Of a DNA stretch of 64,000 nt, positions 37,963 through 47,249 are shown piece after piece (the first letter of the stretch is position 1; each line of letters opens with the position of its first letter). The notes under the pieces were generated by a model. The model had not been told where the DNA came from, searched no databases, and worked only from the letters and a program-made list of their open reading frames with translations. This DNA is from Planctomycetota bacterium (GTDB lineage: Bacteria; Planctomycetota; MHYJ01; WSZJ01). A program made the position numbers and the translations under genes. The DNA lies in NCBI GenBank assembly GCA_038060895.1, contig JBBTCT010000002.1, positions 192,001 through 256,000 on the forward strand, in the 5' to 3' direction.

Positions 37963-38307
37963 ATGCCGAGAATCACACGCGACAAGCCGGACCGGGACCG
38001 CGAACGCGGCCCGCGCCGCGACGCGGAGCCCGATTTCGGACAGATGGGCGACGCCGAGGGCGGTGACGATCCTGCCAAGAAGAAATACCGCAAATTCAGG
38101 AAGGACAACCGGTGCCGCTTCTGCAGGGAAAAAGGGAAGCTGTCCCGCGTCGACTACAAGGACATCCACATTCTCCAGAAGCTCTGCACGGCCCAGGGCA
38201 AGCTGTTCAGCCGGAAGCGGAGCGGAAACTGCGCGCGTCACCAGCGCGCCGTGAAGACGGCGGTCAAGCGGGCGAGATATCTCGCTTTGCTGCCGTTCGT
38301 GGGCTAA
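37963..38307 (+). CDS. rpsR: 30S ribosomal protein S18 (Zn-ligand form)
   Basis: CRFC…VDYKD…GNCARHQR…KRARYLALLP. Confidence 0.95.
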   Translation: MPRITRDKPDRDRERGPRRDAEPDFGQMGDAEGGDDPAKKKYRKFRKDNRCRFCREKGKLSRVDYKDIHILQKLCTAQGKLFSRKRSGNCARHQRAVKTAVKRARYLALLPFVG

Positions 38308-38321
38308 GGGAGCAACCAAAC

Positions 38322-39026
38322 ATGGCGATCAAAGTGCTGTTGTGGCAGACGGTGGACAAGCTCGGCAAGCGGGGCGACCAGGTCTCGGTGTCGGACGGCT
38401 ACGCGCGGAACTACCTGTATCCGCGGAAGCTGGCGACGCCGGCGACCACCGGGGCCGGACGCGAGTTCAAGGCGGCGGCCCGGAAGGCGGAAAAGCACGA
38501 GGGGGACATCAAGCGGCAGTACAGCGACCTTGCCGCGCAGATCGGCAACACCCACGTGACGATCGAGATGCTGGCGAACAACGAAGGCGTGCTCTTCGGA
38601 GGCGTGACGCCGTCGGTGGTTGCTGAGGCGCTGAAACGTGCGGGCCTCGAGGTGAACGGGAAGTTCATCACGATCGGCACGGCGATCAAGCGGCTGGGCG
38701 ACTACACGGTAACGGTGAGGTTCCACCCCGAGGTTCAGTCGAAGCTCAAAGTGACGGTGGCCGCGAGCAAGGCGGAACAGTCGGCGGGCGACGCGGCGGA
38801 CGAGGAGAACCCGTTCGCGAAGGGGATCTCGGTCGACGAGGCGGAGAAGCACGATCCGAAGATGCGCGGCAAGCGGCCGAAGAAGATGAAGGAAGGCAAG
38901 GAAGGGAAGAAGGAGGAAGGAAAGAAGGAAGGACCCGCGGCCGAGGGAGGGAAAAAGGCCGAAGTGAAGGAAGAGAAGCCGGCGAAGGCGGAGAAGTCTG
39001 AGAAGCCGGAGAAGAAGAAGGAGTAG
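38322..39026 (+). CDS. rplI: 50S ribosomal protein L9 with Lys/Glu-rich tail
   Basis: LGKRGD…VSDGYARNYL…LFGGV…IKRLG. Confidence 0.95.
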   Translation: MAIKVLLWQTVDKLGKRGDQVSVSDGYARNYLYPRKLATPATTGAGREFKAAARKAEKHEGDIKRQYSDLAAQIGNTHVTIEMLANNEGVLFGGVTPSVVAEALKRAGLEVNGKFITIGTAIKRLGDYTVTVRFHPEVQSKLKVTVAASKAEQSAGDAADEENPFAKGISVDEAEKHDPKMRGKRPKKMKEGKEGKKEEGKKEGPAAEGGKKAEVKEEKPAKAEKSEKPEKKKE

Positions 39027-39051
39027 TCGTCGGAGCGTTCGGAAAAACAAG

Positions 39052-39077
39052 GCCCCGCAGAAATGCGGGGCTTTTTT
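39052..39077 (+). terminator. Rho-independent terminator after rplI
   Basis: GCCCCGCA-GAAA-TGCGGGGC followed by T6. Confidence 0.9.
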
Positions 39078-39094
39078 CATTCTGTCTGTGTCGT

Positions 39095-39257
39095 ATCTGC
39101 GCCGATCTGCGGAGATCACGTTTTATCAGCGCAAATGCTGTTTTCGAGTTCAAGCGCGGCGTGGGACGCAAGGCGGGCCCGTCGGCGCCAGCCCGGCTTT
39201 TGAGTAAACGAAATGCGTCGCGCAGATAAAACAGGATCTCCGCAGATACGCGCAGAT
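39095..39257 (-). mobile_element. 163-bp inverted-repeat element (element C) directly 3' of the GxxExxY gene
   Basis: 38-bp arms (39095-39132 / 39220-39257) complementary at 33/38; collinear homologue at 60515-60678. Mobility is inferred. Confidence 0.7.
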
Positions 39258-39268
39258 TCCCTCCGATG

Positions 39269-39667
39269 TCAGGCAGACCGCTCGAACCTGGTTTCCACCC
39301 GACGATGGGTTCCGACTTTCTTGGGCCCGAAGTTCAGCAGGAGCGCTACCGGGGTCTTTGCGAGCATCTGATATCCCCTCATCTGATCTTCGTGTCCGTC
39401 TTCGAGCGAACGGGCGGCCTTCACTTCGAGGACGACGGCTCTCTCGAACATGAAGTCGACGTAGAAACGCCCTACAAACTGACCCTCGAAGAACACCCGA
39501 AGAGGAGCTTCCCTCTCGAACCGGAGGCCTTCCTTGCGGAAAGCAATCTCCAGGGCGTTCTTGTAGACCACTTCGGGAAGCGCCGGCCCGAGAGCGTTGT
39601 GGACCCGGAACGCGCAGCCGATGATGCGCCCTGTCAGGTCCGAGTGGGGGTAGTCGTTGTTGTTCAT
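39269..39667 (-). CDS. GxxExxY family PD-(D/E)xK protein
   Basis: LTGRIIGCAFRVHNALGPALPEVVY…FYVDF…VLEVKA…Q…Y…LLLNFG. Confidence 0.9.
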   Translation of the reverse strand: MNNNDYPHSDLTGRIIGCAFRVHNALGPALPEVVYKNALEIAFRKEGLRFEREAPLRVFFEGQFVGRFYVDFMFERAVVLEVKAARSLEDGHEDQMRGYQMLAKTPVALLLNFGPKKVGTHRRVETRFERSA

Positions 39668-39788
39668 ATGAGTAAGATGATATAACACATCTGGAGCATG
39701 TCAAGGGCAAATCGCAGGAATTGCGTCGGCCTTCCGCGCTCTCTCATTGCTTCGTCCCGGACCGCCCGACTGTAGAATCCCGGGTCTC

Positions 39789-42425
39789 ATGGGCTCCGCC
39801 GAAGAACGCATCCAGCCGCAGAATCTCGAAGCCGAGCAGTGCCTCATCGGCTCGCTTCTGCTCGACTCCGCCGCCATGCACGAGGTCGACCAGAAGGTCG
39901 AGCCGGGATCTTTCTACCTGAAGAAACACCAGACGCTCTTCAAGGCCATCCAGTCCCTCACCGACGAAGCGAAGCCCGTGGACGCGATCATCCTGCGCGA
40001 AGAACTCGGGCGCAAAGGGCTGCTGGAGGAAGTCGGCGGGCCGGAATACCTGCTCGAACTCGCGGGCAAGGTGCCCTCCTCCGCGAACGCCGAGTACTAC
40101 GCCGACATCGTCCGCGAGAAAGCCCTGCTGCGCGGCTTCATCGGCGCCGCTTCGGAAATCCTCCGCAAGGCGTACGACCCGGCCGTGCACTCCGACGAGC
40201 TCTCCGTCGTCGCCGAGCAGGAGATTTTCCGCATCAGCCAGGGGCAGACGACGACCGCGACGCCGATCCACAAGATTCTCGGGCCGGTGTTCAGCCGCAT
40301 CCTCGCGATGCGGGACCGCAACAAGCGGATCTCCGGCGTGGGGACGGGGTACTTCGCGCTGGACGACATCACGAGCGGGATGCAGGAAGCGCAGCTCATC
40401 GTGGTCGCCGGGAGACCATCAATGGGAAAAACGTCCTTCGCTCTTAACGTCGTCGAGCACGTCGCGATCAAGGAGACCCTCCCGGTCCTGATCTTCTCGC
40501 TCGAGATGCAGGGGCAGCAGCTCGCGCAGAACATGATCTGCTCGCACGCCAGGATCGACGCGCACCGCGTGCGGAAGGGAACCGTGACGGAGGAGGAGAA
40601 AGCGCGGCTGGTCGAGACCGCCACGGGATTCTCCAGCGCGCCGATCTACATCGACGACTCTTCGTCCCTCACCGTGAACCAGATCCGCTCGCGCGCGCGT
40701 CGTTTTCACATGAAGGAAAAGCTCTCGCTGATCGTGGTCGATTACATGCAGCTCATCGAAGTGCGCGCGGCCGAGGCCGGGAGCCGCTTCGACAACCGCC
40801 AGACGGAAATCTCCTACATCTCGCGCTCGCTGAAAGCGATGTCACGCGAGCTGAAGGTGCCGGTGATGGCGCTGTCGCAGTTGAACCGCGAGGTCGAGAA
40901 GCGGACGGACCACCGGCCGATGCTGGCGGACCTGAGGGAGTGCGTCACGGGGGACACCCTGGTATGCCTTGCCGACGGCCGGAGGTTGCCGGTAAGCGAA
41001 CTGGAGGGCACGACGCCAAGGGTGATTTCCGTCGGGCCGGACGGACGACTGCGTTACGCGCGGGCGCAGAAGATCTGGCGCATAGGTAAGCGCGCTGTGA
41101 TGAGGGTCGGACTCGCGAGCGGGCGTTCGATCCGGATTACGGGCGAGCACAGACTGATGGGGGCTGCAGGTTGGACCGCGGCGAAAGATTTTCAGGAAGG
41201 GGACCGAATCGCGATCACGAGAAGCCTGCCTGAACCTGCGCGGCCCGGGCGCTGGCCGGAAATGAGACTCGCCCTGCTCGGACAGCTCATTGGAGATGGA
41301 AGCTACCTGAAGGGCCAGCCGATGAGGTATACGACGAGCTCCGAGGAAAACAGCAGGATGGTGAAGCGCGCGGCTCAGAAGGAATTCGGGGCCGAAGTGA
41401 AGCGCTATCGCGGCCGCAGGAGCTGGCACCAGCTGCTGATCAGTGGAAATGGAGACCGCTGGCACCCGGCCGGTGTGAACAAGTGGCTCAGGGAGCTTGG
41501 GATTTTCGACCAGCGGTCCTGGGAAAAACGGATTCCGCGCGAGGTATTCAGTCTCTCGAACGAACAGATTGCCGTCCTTCTGAGGCATCTCTGGGCTACG
41601 GATGGAACAATCTCGGTCCGGCATACCGGCCGGGGGAGTTCGTCGATTCATTACGCGACGAACAGTCCTTTGCTCGCGGGGGATGTCGCGGCGCTGCTTC
41701 TCCGCCTCGGGATCGTCTCGCGAACTCCGGTCCTGAAGCAGGGAAAGTACAGGCCGATACACTGCGTTTCCGTTTCGGGGAACGACAACCAGCGTCGATT
41801 TCTCGAGTGTGTCGGGGCCTTCGGCCCCCGGGTTCCGCAGGCAAAGGCATTCAGGAAGGCCATTGCCGGTATCGAAGGAACCACGAACGTCGACACGCTT
41901 CCCCGGGAGGCATTTGCACGCGTTCGTGAGCTGATGTCCCGGAAAGGGATTTCGCAACGACGCATGACCGCCATGCGCGGCACGTCCTACGGGGGGACGT
42001 CACACTTCCGATTCAGCCCCTCGAGGGCAATGGTGGCGGAGTACGCCGAGTTGCTTGACGACGATGTGCTGCGCCGCAGTGCGACCAGCGACATCTTCTG
42101 GGATCGCGTGGTCGCAGTGGAACCGGCCGGAGTGGAGGAAGTGTTTGACCTGACTGTGCCCGGTCCGGCCTGCTGGGTTGCGGACGGCATCGTGTCGCAC
42201 AACTCAGGAGCCATCGAACAGGACGCGGACCTCGTGATGCTTCTGCACCGGCCGGGGTATTACAAGGACGCGACGAAGGAGAACGACACGGATGCGCTGG
42301 TGATCATCGCGAAGCAGCGAAGCGGCCCGGTCGGGGACGTGCAGCTGACGTGGCGGAAGGAATACACGCGGTTCGACAACCCGGACTTCCGGCACGGCGA
42401 GGAGCAGGTCGAGGCGGAGGGGTAG
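39789..42425 (+). CDS. dnaB: replicative DNA helicase DnaB (intein-containing)
   Basis: PQNLEAEQ, GRPSMGKT, FSLEM, VDYMQL, ALSQLNR, DLRE|intein|SGAIEQDAD. Confidence 0.97.
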   Translation: MGSAEERIQPQNLEAEQCLIGSLLLDSAAMHEVDQKVEPGSFYLKKHQTLFKAIQSLTDEAKPVDAIILREELGRKGLLEEVGGPEYLLELAGKVPSSANAEYYADIVREKALLRGFIGAASEILRKAYDPAVHSDELSVVAEQEIFRISQGQTTTATPIHKILGPVFSRILAMRDRNKRISGVGTGYFALDDITSGMQEAQLIVVAGRPSMGKTSFALNVVEHVAIKETLPVLIFSLEMQGQQLAQNMICSHARIDAHRVRKGTVTEEEKARLVETATGFSSAPIYIDDSSSLTVNQIRSRARRFHMKEKLSLIVVDYMQLIEVRAAEAGSRFDNRQTEISYISRSLKAMSRELKVPVMALSQLNREVEKRTDHRPMLADLRECVTGDTLVCLADGRRLPVSELEGTTPRVISVGPDGRLRYARAQKIWRIGKRAVMRVGLASGRSIRITGEHRLMGAAGWTAAKDFQEGDRIAITRSLPEPARPGRWPEMRLALLGQLIGDGSYLKGQPMRYTTSSEENSRMVKRAAQKEFGAEVKRYRGRRSWHQLLISGNGDRWHPAGVNKWLRELGIFDQRSWEKRIPREVFSLSNEQIAVLLRHLWATDGTISVRHTGRGSSSIHYATNSPLLAGDVAALLLRLGIVSRTPVLKQGKYRPIHCVSVSGNDNQRRFLECVGAFGPRVPQAKAFRKAIAGIEGTTNVDTLPREAFARVRELMSRKGISQRRMTAMRGTSYGGTSHFRFSPSRAMVAEYAELLDDDVLRRSATSDIFWDRVVAVEPAGVEEVFDLTVPGPACWVADGIVSHNSGAIEQDADLVMLLHRPGYYKDATKENDTDALVIIAKQRSGPVGDVQLTWRKEYTRFDNPDFRHGEEQVEAEG
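40941..42203 (+). mobile_element. 421-aa intein with LAGLIDADG homing endonuclease
   Basis: Starts CVTGDT, block B TGEH, LLGQLIGDG and LRHLWATDG, VFDLTV, ends SHN followed by Ser. Confidence 0.95.
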
Positions 42426-43177
42426 TGGGCCTACCGGACGCTTCTCATCGCCCCTGGCCGTGCCCCGCGGGGGCGTGGGCGGTGCGGCAGGTCTGGAGCG
42501 CGCTGGCGTTCCTGCACTGGCGGCTGCCAGTTGACGCAGTGCGTCAAAAGATTCCCGCCGGGCTCGAGGTCGACACGTTCGATGGGTCGGCGTGGATCGG
42601 CGTCGTGCCGTTCCGCATGGAAGGAGTCCGCCTGCGCGGGTTGCCCGCGGTGCCCGGGACCGACGAGTTTCCCGAGCTCAACGTCCGCACTTACGTCACG
42701 GCGGAAGGCAAGCCTGGAGTGTGGTTCTTCAGCCTCGACGCCGCGAGCGCCGTGACCGCCGCGGTAGCGAGGACCTGGTATGGGCTTCCTTACTGGCGCG
42801 CGCGGATGGAGATGACCGAAGAGGAAGGGCGCGTTTCGTATTCCAGCGTCCGGACGTCGCACGGCGCGCCGCCGGCTGCGTTCCGGGCGCGCTACGCGCC
42901 TTCGGGGGCGGAATTCCGCCCGCGGCCCGGATCGCTCGAGTACTTCCTCGCCGAACGCTACTGCCTGTACTCCACGGGACGGGGCCGGGGGATTGCGCGC
43001 GCCGACATCCTGCATGCGCCCTGGGAGCTGCGGCCGGCCCGCGCCGTCGTCCTCGAGAATACGATGGCGCAGGCGGCCGGTTTCACACTGCCCGCGGAGC
43101 CTCCGCATGCGCTTTTTGCCCGGTCCATCGAAGCGTTCGCGTGGACGCCGGCGCCGCTCACGGGGGCCGTGTCATAA
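42425..43177 (+). CDS. DUF2071 (YqjF) family protein
   Basis: QVWSALAFLHW…FPELNVRTYV…GVWFFSLDA…FLAERY. Confidence 0.85.
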   Translation: MGLPDASHRPWPCPAGAWAVRQVWSALAFLHWRLPVDAVRQKIPAGLEVDTFDGSAWIGVVPFRMEGVRLRGLPAVPGTDEFPELNVRTYVTAEGKPGVWFFSLDAASAVTAAVARTWYGLPYWRARMEMTEEEGRVSYSSVRTSHGAPPAAFRARYAPSGAEFRPRPGSLEYFLAERYCLYSTGRGRGIARADILHAPWELRPARAVVLENTMAQAAGFTLPAEPPHALFARSIEAFAWTPAPLTGAVS

Positions 43178-43184
43178 TCGGCAC

Positions 43185-43853
43185 ATGAGCGATCCGCGAT
43201 TCGTGCCCTACCGGACTCCCGCGATACCGGCTCCCGAGATGCTCCGGCGCGCCACGGAATTCCACGACGAAAGCGGCACGCGCCGCAGCGTCCGCCACTT
43301 CTCACAGCTCCCCGTTCCGCGCGAGCTCATCGAGATCGCCATAGCAACCGCGAATTCCGCGCCTTCAGGCGCCAACCGCCAGCCGTGGACGTTCGTGGCC
43401 GTGGGGAACCCGGAGGTCAAACGGCAGATCCGCGAAGCTGCGGAAGTCGAAGAGCGCGAGAATTACGAGGGCGGCCGCATGCCCCCGGACTGGCTCGAAG
43501 CGCTCGCTCCGCTGGGAACCGGCTGGCACAAGGAATTCCTGGAAGAAGCGCCGTGGCTGGTCGTGGTCTTCGCGGAATTACACAAGCCCTTCGAGGGAGG
43601 CATCCGGAAAAACTATTACGTCTCGGAGAGTGTCGGGATCGCGTGCGGATTGTTCATCGCGGCGGTTCATCACATGGGCCTCGCCACGCTGACGCATACG
43701 CCCAGCCCGATGGGGTTCCTGTCGAAGACTCTCGGAAGGCCGTCGCACGAGAAGCCCTACATTCTCTTCCCGGTCGGATTCCCGGCGGAGAACTGCACGG
43801 TTCCCGACATTCCGAAGAAGGCTGCAGAAGAGGTGACCGTATGGATCCCGTGA
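43185..43853 (+). CDS. nitroreductase, iodotyrosine deiodinase (IYD)-like
   Basis: RRSVRHFS, APSGANRQPW, EEREN-Y, W…L…LGTGWHKEFL, LTHTP. Confidence 0.85.
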   Translation: MSDPRFVPYRTPAIPAPEMLRRATEFHDESGTRRSVRHFSQLPVPRELIEIAIATANSAPSGANRQPWTFVAVGNPEVKRQIREAAEVEERENYEGGRMPPDWLEALAPLGTGWHKEFLEEAPWLVVVFAELHKPFEGGIRKNYYVSESVGIACGLFIAAVHHMGLATLTHTPSPMGFLSKTLGRPSHEKPYILFPVGFPAENCTVPDIPKKAAEEVTVWIP

Positions 43854-44143
43854 ACTGCCGGAAGTGCGGCGCGGATCTCCAGGCCGTCGGGAAGCGGCGG
43901 GCGTTCATCAGCGTGTTCGCCCAGGGGGACGAGGAAACGATGTCGTGGTATTTCTGCGAGGCGTGCCGCGTGTGGATGATCGAGGTGTACTACGACCGCT
44001 TCATGGGCGACAGCGAGATCTCATTTCGCGGACCGTATCCCGAGGGGACCTGCGAAGCGGACGTCGCGCTTGCGAATACGTGCCCGTCGCCGGGGGACAA
44101 ATGGTGCGAGTGCCCGGCGCACAAAAAGCTGGGGCCCTGCTAA
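43841..44143 (+). CDS. small Cys-rich hypothetical protein
   Basis: CRKC, CEAC, CP…WCECPAH. Confidence 0.7.
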   Translation: MDPVNCRKCGADLQAVGKRRAFISVFAQGDEETMSWYFCEACRVWMIEVYYDRFMGDSEISFRGPYPEGTCEADVALANTCPSPGDKWCECPAHKKLGPC

Positions 44144-44736
44144 CGGCGCGCGCGCAGACCGTCCACGAACAGCTCCGCGAAGTCGGCGGCAACTTCCTCG
44201 CTCGTGCGCCTGCCCTTCGGCCGGAACCAGGTGATCGTCCAGTTCACGGCGCCGAGAATCGCGCGCGCGGCGGTCGCCGGGTCAGTCGAGCGGAAAACGC
44301 GCCGCTTCACGCCGTCCGCCACGATCGCCCGCACCTCGCGCTCGTAGCGGTCGCGCTTCAGGATGAGTTTCCTCCACCGCGCGCGGTCCAGCGCATCGGT
44401 CTGGATGTGCGCGGCGGTGCCGGCAAGCTCGTCGAGCATGAGGGCCATCTGGGCGCGAACCAGGTCGCGCAGGCGGGCGGCGGGCGGCGCGCCCGAGCGG
44501 CGGATGCGCGCGGCTTCAGAGAGGAGGCGATCGAGGGAGTAGTTCTGGCAGAAGAAGAGAATGTCGGATTTGTCGCGGAAGTAATAGTAGAGGGAGCCCT
44601 TTGTCATGCCGAGCGCGCCGGCGATGTCCTCGGTCGTCGCGGAAGCGTAGCCCTTGCGGCGGAAAACCGCGGCGGCGGCTCGCGCGATGTCGAGGCGGCG
44701 CTGGAGGGTTTTGCGGGAGCGGGGGTCGGCGGGCAT
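44140..44736 (-). CDS. TetR/AcrR family regulator (KstR2-like C-terminus)
   Basis: FRRKGYASATTEDIA…TKGSLYYYF…NWTITWFRP. Confidence 0.9.
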   Translation of the reverse strand: MPADPRSRKTLQRRLDIARAAAAVFRRKGYASATTEDIAGALGMTKGSLYYYFRDKSDILFFCQNYSLDRLLSEAARIRRSGAPPAARLRDLVRAQMALMLDELAGTAAHIQTDALDRARWRKLILKRDRYEREVRAIVADGVKRRVFRSTDPATAARAILGAVNWTITWFRPKGRRTSEEVAADFAELFVDGLRARR

Positions 44737-44737
44737 G

Positions 44738-44860
44738 GGGAAGGAGGATGGTAAAGGAGGAAGGGAAAATTCCAACTCCAACTCCAACCCCAACTCCAAA
44801 ACAACTACTTTGGGGTTGGGGTTGGGATTTGTCTTTCCCTCACCACCATCCACTTTTCCC
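44738..44860. repeat. hairpin built of (T/C)CCAAC hexamers
   Basis: Five hexamers (44771-44800) opposite three reverse-complement copies (44809-44826); outer GGATGGT/ACCATCC and AGGGAAA/TTTCCCT pairs. Confidence 0.75.
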
Positions 44861-44899
44861 GCTTGACCCGCTCCCTCCCGATGAAGTTCTCTGACTCCC

Positions 44900-46216
44900 A
44901 TGTCCACCCGCAACCTCCTCGCGGCACTCCTTCTCCTGGCACCAGCTGTTCTCGGCTGCGAGTCCAAGTCAGGCAAGGAGCTGAAGAAGCGCCCCCCGTC
45001 GCGCGAGTCGAGCGCCAAGCTCGCGCTTCCCCCCGGCGGCACCTGGTCGTCGGCTGTGATGGTGACCGAATCGGGGAGTTTCGAGCGCGCCTACGGCGGG
45101 CGCGGCGGGATCGGCTCGGCCACGTTCTACTACGCCCGGACGACTCTTCTGCTCGCGCGCTCCGGCGGCGGCGAGGATCGCGTGCAGATTTCCGCGGGGA
45201 GCCTCGAGAACACCGATGCCAACGCGGTCCTCGAGGCCTCTGACCGGCAATGGCGGTTGGCGGCTCCTTCGGACGGCCGCGGCGTCGCGTATGCGCCGGA
45301 GCGGGTCGAGGAATGGCGCTGGGTTGCGCTCGAAAGCGCGAAGCCTTTTGCGTGTTCTCATCTCGTCCTGGAGGCCAAAGGCGGAGACCCTTGCGCTTCG
45401 GCGCCGCGGTGGCTGGACTTTGCCCTGGAGATGATGGCGCCGCCCGACCCGAAGCGTGCGCATCCCGAAGGACCGGACCAGAACGAGTGGCCCGAACTGG
45501 CCGCACTGGTGTCGCGCGATTGGGGCAACGAAGCGCTCCTGAAGGCGCTGACGGGCGCCGCCCTGAGGGAACGCTCGGGCCTCGCCCTGGCGGGAGTAGA
45601 AAGAGGGGCGCTTCAGGCCATCCAGAGCGCCGTGGCCTTCGATCTGTACCCGAACTCCGGTTCATTCAACGCGCACCGCTGCTCACCGGAGATTCGGGTC
45701 GCGGCACGAAGCAGTCTCAAACAATCGGCAAGTTCTGGATCCGTGGTTGCCTCGAATGCTGCCCTTCTGCTCGGGCACTCAAACGACGCGGAGGACCAGC
45801 GTGCGATGGCCGCCGCCCTGGTTTCCGAGGACTGGGCGCCGCCGGCGACCGTCGTTCGCGACCTGGAATGGCCGCGGGCCCTTGCATGGTCGCTCTCTGC
45901 TTCGGCGTGCTCGCCCCTCTCCCGGTTTCCGAATGAAGTGCAGGCGGCGATGATCGAGTGGCTCAATCGAGGGGCGGCCAAGCCAGAGTCCGCGCTTCCG
46001 CTCGTGTTCGCGCTGGTCGGCTGCGGGTCTGCCGAATCCCGCGCGAAGCTGTCCGCTCTGTCCGCGACCGACGCCGACGGCGAAACTCCGGCGAAGCCCG
46101 ACCCCGTGTGGCCGGCGACGCTCGACGAACTCTGGCAGGTCGGCGTCGTGGATCACGGTGCGCTCACGCACCCCATCGACGCCTGGATCCGGGCGGCGCT
46201 GAAGGCGCGGAAGTAG
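44900..46216 (+). CDS. hypothetical lipoprotein
   Basis: Lipobox AVLGC; 438-aa ORF. Confidence 0.65.
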   Translation: MSTRNLLAALLLLAPAVLGCESKSGKELKKRPPSRESSAKLALPPGGTWSSAVMVTESGSFERAYGGRGGIGSATFYYARTTLLLARSGGGEDRVQISAGSLENTDANAVLEASDRQWRLAAPSDGRGVAYAPERVEEWRWVALESAKPFACSHLVLEAKGGDPCASAPRWLDFALEMMAPPDPKRAHPEGPDQNEWPELAALVSRDWGNEALLKALTGAALRERSGLALAGVERGALQAIQSAVAFDLYPNSGSFNAHRCSPEIRVAARSSLKQSASSGSVVASNAALLLGHSNDAEDQRAMAAALVSEDWAPPATVVRDLEWPRALAWSLSASACSPLSRFPNEVQAAMIEWLNRGAAKPESALPLVFALVGCGSAESRAKLSALSATDADGETPAKPDPVWPATLDELWQVGVVDHGALTHPIDAWIRAALKARK

Positions 46217-46219
46217 CGC

Positions 46220-47248
46220 TCAGCTTCGTTTGCCGAGAACGGCGTTGCCCGCGACCAGCAGCGCCGCGACCGCTATGGCGATGATGAGGACGATCGGCTG
46301 TCGGTCTTCGTCCGCCACGTTTGCGGCCTCGGCGCGCGGCCGGCGCGCCGGCGCGGGCGCTTCAATCCCCTCCGCCAGCCAGCGAAGCGCGGCGATCGCC
46401 AGCGCGGCGTCCTCGATCCCGGTCCTTGCGGCGAAACCGTTCGTAAGGAAGGTCGAGTCGCCTGCGACGACGTACCGGCCCGGACCCGCGCGGCGCGTGG
46501 CGGCGACCAGGACGGGACCGGCGGGGCCGCGCCCGCCTGAGGCCGAAATGGCGTAAGCAGAAGAGGATGTCGTGGCGAGTTCGCGCACGTCGAAAGGATC
46601 AGACCCGGAGGATCTCGCTGCGACCCGGCACGCATTCTCGAAAACGACGCCGACGCCCGGCGGGAGCGCGGCGAGGATGGGGTGGCCGGTGGGCGCGAAG
46701 CGGGCGGCGAAGACGGCGCGCTCTTCGCGGACCGGCCCCGTGCGGGGCATGGGGGAAGGCTTCCCGGGAAGAGCGGCCTCCTGGTCCACGATGCGGTCGG
46801 TGCCGACGTTGGCTCCCGCGTCCTGCAACACGAGACGCAATCGCGCCAGGTCAACCCGGTCGTGCTCGATACCCGGATCGAGGCAGACCAGCAGCCGAAA
46901 TCCGTTGGCGAGCAAGTCGCGCAGCTTTGCCGCGTCGTCTTCCGAGAAGTCGCGCTTCGGCCCCGCGAGGATCAGGACGGCGTTCCGCGGAACCAGGGCC
47001 GTGCTTCCCAGGTGCATCGTGTCGAGCTTCCATCCCGGAAACGCCGCTTCCAGTTTCTTGCGCATTTGGCTGGCGCCATCGGGGCCGCCGGATTCAAGGT
47101 TGAGCTCGTTGTGTCCAATGATCCAGAGGAGGCTCGGGGCATCGCGGCGGTCCACTTCCGCGCGCGCCGGCTCGGCAGCGGCGGTTGGAAGCGCCATCAG
47201 GAGCGCGGCGGTGCCGCAGAGTTTCAGAAAACTCTCGCGCACGCTCAC
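46220..47248 (-). CDS. GldG/ABC-type auxiliary-domain membrane-anchored protein
   Basis: Signal peptide, GHNE, ILAGPKRDFS, VVAGDSTFLTN…WL, C-terminal TM. Confidence 0.7.
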   Translation of the reverse strand: MSVRESFLKLCGTAALLMALPTAAAEPARAEVDRRDAPSLLWIIGHNELNLESGGPDGASQMRKKLEAAFPGWKLDTMHLGSTALVPRNAVLILAGPKRDFSEDDAAKLRDLLANGFRLLVCLDPGIEHDRVDLARLRLVLQDAGANVGTDRIVDQEAALPGKPSPMPRTGPVREERAVFAARFAPTGHPILAALPPGVGVVFENACRVAARSSGSDPFDVRELATTSSSAYAISASGGRGPAGPVLVAATRRAGPGRYVVAGDSTFLTNGFAARTGIEDAALAIAALRWLAEGIEAPAPARRPRAEAANVADEDRQPIVLIIAIAVAALLVAGNAVLGKRS

Positions 47249-47249
47249 G

